Part shown: in pieces, positions 42,025 through 52,184 of the stretch | Position numbering within the stretch: position 1 is the first letter of the stretch | Layout: each line of letters opens with the position of its first letter | NCBI GenBank assembly: GCA_963701295.1 | Contig: OY969585.1 | Span: forward strand, 2,368,001-2,432,000 | From: Ignavibacteriota bacterium | GTDB taxonomy: Bacteria > Bacteroidota > Ignavibacteria > UBA10030 | Direction: 5' to 3' | DNA length: 64,000 bases | Notes under the pieces: model-generated | Seen by the model: only the letters and a program-made list of their open reading frames with translations | The model's database searches: none | What the model was told of the DNA's origin: nothing | Translations under genes and position numbers: made by a program

Positions 42025-42283
42025 TAACAACTCAAGCTGACGAAATGAGCGCCCGCCCAAAGATAAAGCTTGGCGGGTAAATGGGTACGTTAAGCATGGC
42101 TAATAGAGGTTTAGATGTTTAATAATAAACTTATCAGAATGAACTATAGAAGAGGAAACACGCTGCGCGTGTTACAGTTATGGGGCTCCGCCTGTTATCA
42201 GTAACTTGCGGCTTCTCGTTGACGCAGCTTAGTTGCCAATCGTTAGGGCACAATTACTCATTCATTAGTTAGCTGGAAGATTT

Positions 42284-44890
42284 ATGAAAAACCTTTTATG
42301 CTTTTTTATTCTCCTCGTTTTTGCATCTTTGCTGTGTTATGCCAATCCAGGCAGAGGCAGAGTTAAAATAGCTCACGGTACAATAGTTACCGACAAAGGC
42401 ACTTTACTGCGCGGCTGCGTTGTTGGAACTGATATCGTCGGATATACCCGTGAACAATTCAATTCAATTAAAGAATACGGATTAAATACGTGTCATTTAG
42501 GTGTATGGAACGTGTCTGATGTAGGCACAGAATTAGCAGCTTCTATTGATAGTATAGTAAAATGGACTGAAGAAGACTCACTTTACCTGATTATTACACC
42601 GACATCTGGAGCAGCATGGAATCCATTATTTGGCCTGGTTGATAGTACGAATTATAAATGTACATTGGATTTTTGGAAATTTTACGCCCCGAGGTATAAA
42701 GACAAAACACATGTTATATACGAACTCGTAAATGAACCTTGTCAGTATCTCCATAGTTCAGACACGTTGCCAAGATTTTACAGTGATGGCTATAAGATTA
42801 TGCGTGATTCGGCCCCGGATACACATATTATTTTGCCAATTATTTGGTCAGCTGATTGGGATCCTTGGCATATGAAGGCTTGGGCAAATATTGAAAGTGA
42901 TATTAAAAGGTTAACGGATAGAGGGGTAGATATGTCGAATGTATCCATTTCATTTCATACCTATGGTTTCAGCGGTATAGCCCTGGATAGCATTTTGCTT
43001 TGTTTTAGAGCTTTAGGCCATTCTTTTATTTGTACAGAAATGCCGGCGTTTTTTAATATCTATTTACAAGATGCACATCTTAATTTCAAGGATGTTAAGA
43101 TTTATGAGAAAGACTCTGTGTCGTATGTTTATATACTTTCATTAAGCGATTTGTCACAAAATGAAAAATACAAAGATGTTTTAGAAGATTATGGCATTTC
43201 CTGGGCCCCTGATTTTGGAAAATGGCCTTACACGATAAAATCGGATACCAGGACATGGAATGCCAGTCAGCCTATTGGCGCTGAATGGTTCGATATAGGA
43301 GCGGATTCCAGTATAGCTGGTATATATTCCCAATTATATTATGTTGAAATTTGTCTGCCGAATCTTCCATGGATAATGTTTAAAAAAGTTGATTTCAATA
43401 AAGCAATCGGCTGTAATATCAGGATTGCAAGCACTGATGCCACCAATGATGATAATATCGAATTGCACCTTGATTCACTCACGGGGAAGAAAATTGGTGA
43501 ACTTACCAATTTTTATACAGGTGGGGATGATATCTGGCAAACATTTAGTTTCAAGATTGATACAACGGATGGGATACATGCTATCTATTTCGTAGTCCAT
43601 GGAGAAGCAAAAATCGAATGGTTTTATTTTAGCCAGGAAAGTGGAACCAGTCAAATACTGCAAATACCAAAATGCAGTACCCCGCCGGTTATTGATGGCG
43701 TGCTCGATGATATCTGGAATTATACTTATGCAGTCCCGTTATTAAATTATCAGGCAGGTCTTGATACACCGAAGTCATATATCGATCACTTCAGCACTTT
43801 ACGTACCATGTGGGACGATAATTATTTTTATGCATTTGTCCATGTCATGGACGATATAATTTGCGCAGGAAATCCAGCTCCGTGGAAAAATGATGCCATT
43901 GAACTATACTTTGATGGGGGAAATGATAAAACTCCCTTTAATGGGGTTCCCGATTATGATGCTAATGATAGACAATGGATATGGGTTTATGGCATACAGG
44001 ACACCAGTTCACTTCCTGTCAGCAGTTTTTGGAGGGGCCCCGGCAATTGGGTGTGGAAAAAAACTGCTGTGGGTTACGACTTTGAATTAAAAATCCCTAA
44101 AGATTCGCTTACTTTTCCATTGGTTGCGGGCCATGCAATTGGGTTTGAAATAGCAAATGATGATTGTGATAATAATATACAAGGACGTACCAATACTAAC
44201 CAGTGGTGGTCATCAAGCCCAGATGCCTGGAAGGATGCATCGGTATTTGGGACAGCATTGTTGAAGGATGGCAAATTAATTTACAGTTCGCCTCCTGCAC
44301 CTGTTCTTCTTGCTTGTGCACACAATGCAAAAGATCAACCGACAACGTTGACATTAAGCTGGAAACCATCTGCCCGCGCTTCAACCTACCAATTGCAGGT
44401 TGCAACAAGTTCTAATTTCGGGAGCGGACTGGTAGCTAACGATTCAACAATTATTGATCCCGTGAAGAAAGTTGGTTCACTTTCTCTTAATGTAACGTAT
44501 TACTGGAGAGTGCGTGCTGCAAATGCTTCAGGAAAAAGCGGTTGGTCGGAAATTTGGCAATTCACAACTTCAAAAAATACTGGAGTATCTGAGGAAGTGA
44601 ATATTCCATTAATTTACTCTCTAAGTCAAAACTACCCTAACCCGTTCAATCCATCGACGACAATAAAATATTCTCTTCCCGATCGAAGCCAAGTAAGACT
44701 TCAAATATTCAACATTCTTGGACAGATGGTAAAGGAACTTGTTAATAATGAACAAACAGCAGGATATAAATATGTTGTCTGGAATGCAAACGTATCGTCG
44801 GGATTGTATATCTATCGACTTGAGGCAACATCGAAAGACAATCCTTCGAAACGATTTATCAATACGAAGAAAATGATTTTGATAAAATGA
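42284..44890 (+). CDS. GH5-like hydrolase with CBM6, CBM9-like, FN3 and T9SS CTD (cassette)
   Basis: IYELVNEP, SFHTY, CTE; PVIDGVLDDIW; CTD; complementary cassette ends. Confidence 0.85.
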   Translation: MKNLLCFFILLVFASLLCYANPGRGRVKIAHGTIVTDKGTLLRGCVVGTDIVGYTREQFNSIKEYGLNTCHLGVWNVSDVGTELAASIDSIVKWTEEDSLYLIITPTSGAAWNPLFGLVDSTNYKCTLDFWKFYAPRYKDKTHVIYELVNEPCQYLHSSDTLPRFYSDGYKIMRDSAPDTHIILPIIWSADWDPWHMKAWANIESDIKRLTDRGVDMSNVSISFHTYGFSGIALDSILLCFRALGHSFICTEMPAFFNIYLQDAHLNFKDVKIYEKDSVSYVYILSLSDLSQNEKYKDVLEDYGISWAPDFGKWPYTIKSDTRTWNASQPIGAEWFDIGADSSIAGIYSQLYYVEICLPNLPWIMFKKVDFNKAIGCNIRIASTDATNDDNIELHLDSLTGKKIGELTNFYTGGDDIWQTFSFKIDTTDGIHAIYFVVHGEAKIEWFYFSQESGTSQILQIPKCSTPPVIDGVLDDIWNYTYAVPLLNYQAGLDTPKSYIDHFSTLRTMWDDNYFYAFVHVMDDIICAGNPAPWKNDAIELYFDGGNDKTPFNGVPDYDANDRQWIWVYGIQDTSSLPVSSFWRGPGNWVWKKTAVGYDFELKIPKDSLTFPLVAGHAIGFEIANDDCDNNIQGRTNTNQWWSSSPDAWKDASVFGTALLKDGKLIYSSPPAPVLLACAHNAKDQPTTLTLSWKPSARASTYQLQVATSSNFGSGLVANDSTIIDPVKKVGSLSLNVTYYWRVRAANASGKSGWSEIWQFTTSKNTGVSEEVNIPLIYSLSQNYPNPFNPSTTIKYSLPDRSQVRLQIFNILGQMVKELVNNEQTAGYKYVVWNANVSSGLYIYRLEATSKDNPSKRFINTKKMILIK

Positions 44891-45049
44891 GATAATTATG
44901 TCCTAACCAGTTTAAAAAGGAAAGAGTCAAGTAAATAATATACTCCCGATGCGTTCCGCGCAATCGGAATGCAGAGTTCTTTAACATTAAGGACGACCGA
45001 ATCCGTGCCGATGCCGCGTTCTCTATCGAATAGACAGGCGATTACCAGA

Positions 45050-45216
45050 GCAATGCCGTCCAAACCAGTTTACGGATTTACATTCACTCATTGAAGAAAC
45101 GATGGTGAAAGCGTATCTCGTCGAGCGAGATGTTCCAGATATTACCACGGCACAGCGCACTCTCTTCCCAATCCAGCGAACGATCCCGACGCAGTCGGGA
45201 TCAGTTAGGAAAGCGG
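45050..45216 (-). ncRNA. Predicted bridge/seek RNA of IS110 copy 3
   Basis: Four guide-like segments match the target and donor junctions. Confidence 0.65.
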
Positions 45217-46206
45217 GCTTGAGAGGCGCGGCCACTGCTGAGATTTATGCCGGCTGATCGGCTGACCTTTGAGACCTTTATATATTGTTTTGTTTTTTAA
45301 GACATAGTAAACAATCTTCGCAAGTTCTTTGGCAACGACGGTTCGCGCAGTCGCCTCATTGGAGCGACGAGCTAATTTCTGGAATAAGCGTTTGTATTCC
45401 GGATAGTACTGAATAGCATGAACAGCGGCATCGGAGAAGGCGATTTTGAGATACTTATTGCCGTCTTTGCTGGAGCGATGGTGCACAGAGCGATTGGAGT
45501 TATCGGCAGCAGGGACGAGTCGGCAGTAAGAGACAAACTTTTTATCGGAGTCGAATCGTTCAATGCCGTCGATTTCAAGATACACCGTGAATGCGGTGAG
45601 CTTGCCGATACCTGGAATGTGCAAGAGCCGTTGAATATCGTCGTTGGGAATCAGCACAGGATGGAGAGATTTTTCCAGCGAGAGGATCTGAGCAGTAAAA
45701 GTGTCTCTGGTATGTTGCAAGACAGCAAGTTGAAAACGATACGGATCCGGAACAGAGCCGTTAAATTTGGTCTGAATACTGTAGAGACGCAGAAGACTGG
45801 CAGTTCGTTGCTGAACGAGCCGTAGACGAATACGCATGGTATCGCGCAGGCCGCGTAGTTCTCGGCTGATTTTGTGAGCCCGTGGAATGAGTCCCTGTCG
45901 TAAGAGAAGAGCAAGAGTTTGCGAATCGACTTTATCTGTTTTAACTTTAGCATAACTGATGGCTTTGAGATATTTGGCGTGAGCAAGGACAAGCTCGATG
46001 CCGTGATCGCTGAGAAGATCGTTGAGCCAGTACCATCCTGTGGTAGACTCAACGACTGCGTGATGAGGACCGGGCAGAGAGTGGAAGTAATCAAGAACAC
46101 GTTCATTGTTATTCTCGACACGTTGTCGCTTGATGACAGCACCAGTGTCATCAACAGTGGTGATAAAACAATTATCAGAATGCAAATCGATACCTGAGTA
46201 ATACAT
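45205..46206 (-). CDS. IS110-family recombinase
   Basis: DEDD motifs; LVPAADNS keeps the Ser. Confidence 0.95.
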   Translation of the reverse strand: MYYSGIDLHSDNCFITTVDDTGAVIKRQRVENNNERVLDYFHSLPGPHHAVVESTTGWYWLNDLLSDHGIELVLAHAKYLKAISYAKVKTDKVDSQTLALLLRQGLIPRAHKISRELRGLRDTMRIRLRLVQQRTASLLRLYSIQTKFNGSVPDPYRFQLAVLQHTRDTFTAQILSLEKSLHPVLIPNDDIQRLLHIPGIGKLTAFTVYLEIDGIERFDSDKKFVSYCRLVPAADNSNRSVHHRSSKDGNKYLKIAFSDAAVHAIQYYPEYKRLFQKLARRSNEATARTVVAKELAKIVYYVLKNKTIYKGLKGQPISRHKSQQWPRLSSPLS

Positions 46207-46464
46207 GGGAATCTCCTTAGATTGTGGATGTTGGTGACCTAGAGAATTATCAATGTACATAATCGGGAGATTCCTTTTTGGTAATATCCAGCAACTCAAG
46301 CTGACGGAATGAGCGTAAGTAAGTACAAAATTGAAAGAACTAGCATGAACTTGTTTCGTTTAGTATATTTTGAAAGTTATCAGTGTCACAGCTTAACTGC
46401 CATCCGTTAGGCAGCGCAGCGTGCAGTAAGTGCTAATTGAAATAGCAAAAGGAATAAAACGCTT

Positions 46465-47355
46465 ATGATCCGATTATTTGCCATTTTAATGTTTTTATCT
46501 TCTCAAGTTGTGTCTATTGCAACTGCTCAAGATCTCTATTTTCAAAAAAAGACTGCAATAATTCGATGGTCAAATGGGAAAAAAATAGATACTATCTGGC
46601 AGGCACCATTCTCAGTAAATGATATAAGCTTGAGTCAAGATTGCCAATTTATTTGTTTCACAAAATCTGTAGTCAACGATAATTCTCGATCTGAAAGGGA
46701 AGTTGGATACTACTCATTAATCGATAAAAAGTTTACAATAATCAAATCTAATACATTATTTAATTATGGAGCCATTATGTCTCCATCAAATGAACTCATT
46801 GCCTTTAGTTATCTTCCTGGGCGCAGGGAATGGAAAACTGCTCTTTATAATCGAATTAAAAATACTTTGAATTATGATGTTGCCCCTTCAATTGCTGGCG
46901 ATGCCTACAATGCATTCAGCTGGCACTCAGATTCATTACTTTGCTTTGCCACGCTTGATAAGATCATTGAGAAGAATATCCACGATAGCACTACGAAAAT
47001 GTTCACACCGCCTGATTCAGAAATGTCGTTCACAGTGCCTGGTACTCAAATGCTATTTCTAAACGATACAGCTTTTGCCTTCGTTTGTGCTGATGTCAGC
47101 CGCCAAATATCTGCTGAATTCGATGGCCCTCCAACAAATGTCTTTCTTACCATTAGTGGAAGTACTGAGAGGCTTTTCTCAAAAAAAGAAGACGTCAATG
47201 CTTGTTTTATTTCTAACAAGAGCATTTATATCGGTTACACTGACTATGCACTTTCAAAAAAAGGTAGAGAAATGCTTGTGCGATATGATATTCGCTCTAA
47301 AAAAAAGGAATTGATAAAATCACTAGGACTTCTTATCGGTGTGTCTCATAATTAA
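46465..47355 (+). CDS. Hypothetical secreted protein (TolB-like propeller?)
   Basis: Signal peptide; SP/FSW repeats. Confidence 0.7.
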   Translation: MIRLFAILMFLSSQVVSIATAQDLYFQKKTAIIRWSNGKKIDTIWQAPFSVNDISLSQDCQFICFTKSVVNDNSRSEREVGYYSLIDKKFTIIKSNTLFNYGAIMSPSNELIAFSYLPGRREWKTALYNRIKNTLNYDVAPSIAGDAYNAFSWHSDSLLCFATLDKIIEKNIHDSTTKMFTPPDSEMSFTVPGTQMLFLNDTAFAFVCADVSRQISAEFDGPPTNVFLTISGSTERLFSKKEDVNACFISNKSIYIGYTDYALSKKGREMLVRYDIRSKKKELIKSLGLLIGVSHN

Positions 47356-47389
47356 AGAGAACAATATCCGTAGAAAGCACTGGCGCGCC

Positions 47390-47584
47390 TTCTAACAAGG
47401 CGCTCAAGCTGACGGAATGAGGGTATGGACGTTAAGCATGCTGGTGGTGGGTTTTCGTTTTTATTATTCAGTTTGTAGTACCTATGACTTTTGTATTTAT
47501 TAATTTAGTTTTTAGCATGAACTCGTTTCGTTATCAGCAGCTTGAAAATTATTAACGCCGCAGCTTAGCGCCCGTCCGTTAGGC
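47390..47584 (+). repeat. attC site (long type)
   Basis: TTCTAAC...GTTAGGC. Confidence 0.92.
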
Positions 47585-47608
47585 AGCCCTTACAAGGAGA
47601 AAAAACCA

Positions 47609-48358
47609 ATGAAAAAAGCAATCGTTGTCATTTTATTGTTGTCATGTCAGACACTTTATACTCAGCAATCTGAACAAAAAACCAATCAGATTTGTGTGCA
47701 AGGTAGTGTTGAATTGAAAGAAATGGCAGATCAGGCAACTTTAAGTTTTTCCGTTAAGGGAGTCGGTGCAAATCTCCGCCAAGCTGTAGAGAATGCTGAC
47801 AAGAATACAAAAGCTATTACAGATAAACTTATGTCATTGGGTATCAAAGAAAAAGATATTTCAACATCATCGTTCTATAGTGGTGAGAATAAAGGCGACA
47901 AGGCATTTCTATCCTCAAGTAGGGATTATCAGGCACATATAACGACCGTGATTAAAGTTGATAGTTTAAAATTATTGCAACCTATTCTGTTTGCAATAAG
48001 CGAATCTGATGTGCAAAACATATCTCAAATCATATTTTCTTTAAAAGATGAAGTTGGTTTTCGGCGAAGAGCGCGGATTGAAGCTGCTCTCAAAGCAAAA
48101 GAGAAAGCAGAGGACATGACGAAAGCTTTAAATATCACACTGGGAAGAGTGCTTTCTATCGATGAAGTGCAACCAACTCAATCTCGCCCAACATCTTTGT
48201 TGTCAAGAAGCGGAGTACCAAATCCATTTAATCCTATTTCATTCAACACGGTTGTTGGTCTTCAAGCCGGAGGTGTTGATGAGAGCATCGGGTCTGGTTT
48301 CTTTGCTCAGACAATTTCTGTCACGAGTCAGGTTTATGTAATATTTGAAATTAAATAA
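47609..48358 (+). CDS. SIMPL (DUF541) domain protein
   Basis: VQG..ADQATLSFSV; AKEKAEDM..LGRVLSIDE. Confidence 0.88.
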   Translation: MKKAIVVILLLSCQTLYTQQSEQKTNQICVQGSVELKEMADQATLSFSVKGVGANLRQAVENADKNTKAITDKLMSLGIKEKDISTSSFYSGENKGDKAFLSSSRDYQAHITTVIKVDSLKLLQPILFAISESDVQNISQIIFSLKDEVGFRRRARIEAALKAKEKAEDMTKALNITLGRVLSIDEVQPTQSRPTSLLSRSGVPNPFNPISFNTVVGLQAGGVDESIGSGFFAQTISVTSQVYVIFEIK

Positions 48359-48364
48359 GAGCCG

Positions 48365-48523
48365 TCCTAACCAGGCGCTCAAGTTGACCGAATGAGCATG
48401 AGTGCATTAAGCATGGCGAGCATAGGTCTTGGTGTCTAATAATAAACTTTTCAGCATGAACTTGTTTCGTTTTGTGTATTTTGAAAGTTTTCAACATGGA
48501 AGCTTAGCCGCCATCCGTTAGGC
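48365..48523 (+). repeat. attC site
   Basis: TCCTAAC...GTTAGGC. Confidence 0.9.
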
Positions 48524-48551
48524 GCATTTTAAAATTATAGGAGAATGCTTA

Positions 48552-48929
48552 ATGAGCGAAAACGACAATTTTAAATATCTGGAACTATATATGAAGCAAA
48601 GCGAGTTCTTCTGGAAATATCAACAGACCGTTTCATTAGTTGAATTGGCTGCATTTGCAGGATGGTACAAACTATTCAAAGGAAGTGATTACTTTTTGGC
48701 AATGGGGGCACTAATATTGGGAAGTATTGTCTTATTCGTTCTATTTTTAATAATCTTACGAGCTGCACAATATCTAAATGCATTAAGGAAATCAGCGTTA
48801 AAAGCACTTCCATCTGATCTTCAACAACCTTTGCTTCATATCAAGAGTTCTCATATTGGTATTGCTATTCCAATAATTTGTATTGTTTTTAACATTGCTT
48901 TAATTCTTTATCAATTAAAATGCACCTAA
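48552..48929 (+). CDS. Small membrane protein (cassette)
   Basis: RBS; stop codon in R''; complementary cassette ends. Confidence 0.75.
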   Translation: MSENDNFKYLELYMKQSEFFWKYQQTVSLVELAAFAGWYKLFKGSDYFLAMGALILGSIVLFVLFLIILRAAQYLNALRKSALKALPSDLQQPLLHIKSSHIGIAIPIICIVFNIALILYQLKCT

Positions 48930-48978
48930 CCGCGCTCAAGCTGACAGAATGAGCCGAGGTATGTTAAGCATGGCTGGT
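48924..48978 (+). repeat. attC left half
   Basis: ACCTAAC-CGCGCTCAAGCTGAC...GTTAAGCATGGCTGG. Confidence 0.8.
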
Positions 48979-49136
48979 TCTCATGAATAGCAGGTGTGGC
49001 GTCATCATATTTATGAATTTTCCCAATTGCTGTTTAAGTGATGCCAGAAGTTATCGGCTCATTTTTTCAACATGGAAATAGTTGTTTCTTTATAAATTCA
49101 TATACATATACTTTCAATAATGAACATTTAAAAATC

Positions 49137-51776
49137 ATGAAAAATATAAACCTTGGAATTTTACTAATTCTTGTCGTGTCTCTTACATTTAATCTATGTA
49201 AAGGAAGTGAAAAACTGCTTCCTTACCAGGATACCAGTCTTTCTATTGAAGAACGGGTGAACGATTTGGTATCAAGGATGACACTGGATGAAAAGATCAG
49301 CCAAATGATGAATGCCTCTGATTCTATTAGCCGATTGGGTATTCCGGATTATAACTGGTGGAGCGAAGGTTTGCATGGAGTTGCTAATTCTGGCATAGCA
49401 ACGGTCTTTCCGCAGGCAATAGGATTAAGCGCTACATGGAACGAAGATTTAATAAACCAGGTAGCTGATGTTATTTCTACGGAATTCAGAGCCAAATTCA
49501 ATGATTATCAGAAAAAAGGAGATCATAGCATTTTTAAAGGTTTGACAGTCTGGTCTCCCAATATCAATATTTTCCGTGATCCAAGATGGGGCAGAGGACA
49601 AGAAACCTATGGCGAAGATCCTTTTCTTACTTCTCGCATTGGTGTAGCTTTTGTAAAAGGTTTGCAGGGTAATGATCCTAAGTATTTAAAAGTTGTTTCT
49701 ACTCCAAAGCATTATGCAGTGCACAGCGGTCCTGAACCTGAACGTCATCACTTTGATGCTGTAACTGACTATCGCGACTTTGCTGAAACGTATACTCCTG
49801 CTTTCAAGGCTTGCGTCGTAGAGGGCGGTGCATATTCAATTATGGGCGCATACCAGAGATATCTTGGCACACCCTGTTGTGCGAGCGATTTGCTTTTGAA
49901 AGATGTATTGCGTGGAAAATGGAATTTCAAAGGTTACATGGTATCAGATTGCGGTGCAATTTCTGATATTTATTTAAATCATAAATTTGTAAAGACTCCG
50001 GAAGAAGCTGCTGCTTTGGCTGTTTTAGCCGGTTGCGATCTCGAGTGTGGTGATACATACAAATTTCTTAAAAATGCTGTTCAGAAAGGTTTACTTAAAG
50101 AGTCAGACATAGATGTTGCTGTGAAACGCTTATTTACAGCTCGTTTCAAATTAGGTTTGTTCGATCCTCCTGAAATGGTAAAATATGCGCAGATACCAAT
50201 CTCAGATAACGATTCACCGGAACATCGCGCATTGGCTTTAAAAACAGCTCGTGAATCAATAGTATTATTGAAAAATGAAAATAACTTTCTTCCGTTAAAA
50301 AAAGATATCAAAACGATTGCTGTTATCGGGCCTAATGCAAATATCCCGGAAGTTCTATACGGTAATTACAATGGTGTATCGTCAAAACCTATTGCACCAC
50401 TCGAAGGATTAAAAAATAATGCTCCAAAATCTACAAAGATTTTATACGAAGCCGGCTCTAATGCTGCTGATGATTCTCCTATTCTTTCAGCTATCCCTGA
50501 AGATGCTTTATCCACTGGCAACAAGAATGAGAAAGGATTAAAAGCTGAGTATTTTGATAATATGGAATTAAAAGGCACTCCTTTCATTACACGGATTGAT
50601 AAAAAGATTGACTTTGATTTTATCGATAATCCTCCTGCCCGTGGTAAAAGTATGAAATTCTCTGTGCGATGGACTGGCACTCTTTCAGTACCTGTAACAG
50701 ATACCTACTTCATCGGTTTTACCGGAGATGACGGTTATCGTGTCTATATTGACAATAAACTTCTTTTTGAAAGCTGGAAGGATCAAAGTCCTGCATTGAA
50801 AAAAGTTAAAATAGATCTTGTCAAAGAAAAAAAATATGAGATCAAAATTGAGTATTACCAAAACTTGGGTGGAGCTATTGCAAAATTTCAATGGGGGAAA
50901 GCTGATAAAGATTTTTTAAAAAGGGTTATCGATGTGACAAAACAAGCTGATGTTGTTGTTTATGTCGGCGGTATTACTCCATGGCTCGAAGGAGAAGAAA
51001 TGTCGGTTGAAATTGAAGGATTCAAAGGTGGTGACCGTACATCACTTGATTTACCTGCTGTTCAGGATAGAATACTTAAAGCAATCAAAGCTACAGGAAA
51101 ACCCATCGTTCTGATATTATTGAATGGTAGTGCCCTATCGGTAAATTGGGCAAACGAAAATGTAAATGCCATTCTCGAAGCCTGGTATCCGGGTGAAGAA
51201 GGCGGTAATGCAATTGCAGATGTTTTGTTTGGTGATTATAACCCTGCCGGACGTTTGCCTGTGACTTTCTATAAATCTGTTAAAGATTTACCGCCATTCG
51301 AAGATTATAATATGAAAGGTCGAACATATCGCTATTTCAACGGTATCCCTCTGTATGAGTTTGGTTATGGATTAAGCTATACAACTTTCAAATATTCTAA
51401 TATCAACGCACCTAAATCAGTTAAAACAAATGAAGATGTAAAAGTATCAGTTGAAGTTGAGAATACAGGAAAGATTGATGGCGACGAAGTTGTTGAATTG
51501 TATGTTAAAATACGGCACGCTAAAGCGCCTGTTCCTATCCATGCGCTTAAAGATTTCAAACGCATCCATATGAAGGTCGGTGAAAAGAAAACAGTTGAAT
51601 TTATTCTCAAACCTGATCAATTGTCATTGATAGATGATGATAACAAACGAGTAATAGAACCAGGCAAATTTCAAATATTTATCGGTGGTCGTCAACCCAA
51701 TCCTGATGTTCTGGCTTCAGGCGAAGTTCTCAAAGTAGATCTTGAAGTGACTGGAAATGTGAATGTGATAGAATAG
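49137..51776 (+). CDS. GH3 beta-xylosidase/glucosidase with PA14 and FN3-like domains
   Basis: RDPRWGRGQETYGEDP, KHY, VSDCGA, WYPGEEGG. Confidence 0.95.
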   Translation: MKNINLGILLILVVSLTFNLCKGSEKLLPYQDTSLSIEERVNDLVSRMTLDEKISQMMNASDSISRLGIPDYNWWSEGLHGVANSGIATVFPQAIGLSATWNEDLINQVADVISTEFRAKFNDYQKKGDHSIFKGLTVWSPNINIFRDPRWGRGQETYGEDPFLTSRIGVAFVKGLQGNDPKYLKVVSTPKHYAVHSGPEPERHHFDAVTDYRDFAETYTPAFKACVVEGGAYSIMGAYQRYLGTPCCASDLLLKDVLRGKWNFKGYMVSDCGAISDIYLNHKFVKTPEEAAALAVLAGCDLECGDTYKFLKNAVQKGLLKESDIDVAVKRLFTARFKLGLFDPPEMVKYAQIPISDNDSPEHRALALKTARESIVLLKNENNFLPLKKDIKTIAVIGPNANIPEVLYGNYNGVSSKPIAPLEGLKNNAPKSTKILYEAGSNAADDSPILSAIPEDALSTGNKNEKGLKAEYFDNMELKGTPFITRIDKKIDFDFIDNPPARGKSMKFSVRWTGTLSVPVTDTYFIGFTGDDGYRVYIDNKLLFESWKDQSPALKKVKIDLVKEKKYEIKIEYYQNLGGAIAKFQWGKADKDFLKRVIDVTKQADVVVYVGGITPWLEGEEMSVEIEGFKGGDRTSLDLPAVQDRILKAIKATGKPIVLILLNGSALSVNWANENVNAILEAWYPGEEGGNAIADVLFGDYNPAGRLPVTFYKSVKDLPPFEDYNMKGRTYRYFNGIPLYEFGYGLSYTTFKYSNINAPKSVKTNEDVKVSVEVENTGKIDGDEVVELYVKIRHAKAPVPIHALKDFKRIHMKVGEKKTVEFILKPDQLSLIDDDNKRVIEPGKFQIFIGGRQPNPDVLASGEVLKVDLEVTGNVNVIE

Positions 51777-51848
51777 GATTCCTTGTTTTGCCCATAAAAT
51801 AGAAAATCCTCACGGATTTTCATCGATGAGGATTCTCCTTTAGTGTGT

Positions 51849-51887
51849 GTAGCGGGGCAGGACTTGAACCTACAACCTTCGGGTTAT
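51849..51887 (-). other. tRNA-fMet 3'-half remnant (att-like)
   Basis: Reverse complement ATAACCCGAAGGTTGTAGGTTCAAGTCCTGCCCCGCTAC. Confidence 0.7.
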
Positions 51888-52048
51888 ATCATTCTAGGGG
51901 AAAATAGGATGGGAGGGGCTTCTAACCAGAATCATAGATATTTCACTTTCACAAAAATTTCAGCAATTAGAATTGAGAATGTATAAAATTTCATAATTCT
52001 TTTTGATCACGAAGAGAAAAAATGAGACTATAATCCATTTTTTTGTAC

Positions 52049-52077
52049 TTGACAAATTATAAATGAATTATTATACT
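52049..52077 (+). promoter_or_regulatory. Near-consensus promoter facing attR
   Basis: TTGACA-N17-TATACT. Confidence 0.65.
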
Positions 52078-52184
52078 CGTCCACAATTCATCTGCTAACA
52101 GTGTGCTAACACTTTGCTAATGATATGGTAGTAAAAGTGGTAAATTCTTTTCGAATTCGATAGAATTTATGCACAGGGTCGGTT

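Larger units (their letters stand above)
40626..42248 (+). repeat. attC interrupted by IS110 copy 2
   Basis: TTCTAAC | IS | ...GTTAGGG. Confidence 0.88.
44908..46287 (-). mobile_element. IS110/IS1111 attC-targeting element, copy 3 (diverged, apparently intact)
   Basis: Same IRs; related recombinase. Confidence 0.92.
44901..46412 (+). repeat. attC interrupted by IS110 copy 3
   Basis: TCCTAAC | IS | CAGCAACTCAAGCTGACG...GTTAGGC. Confidence 0.88.
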
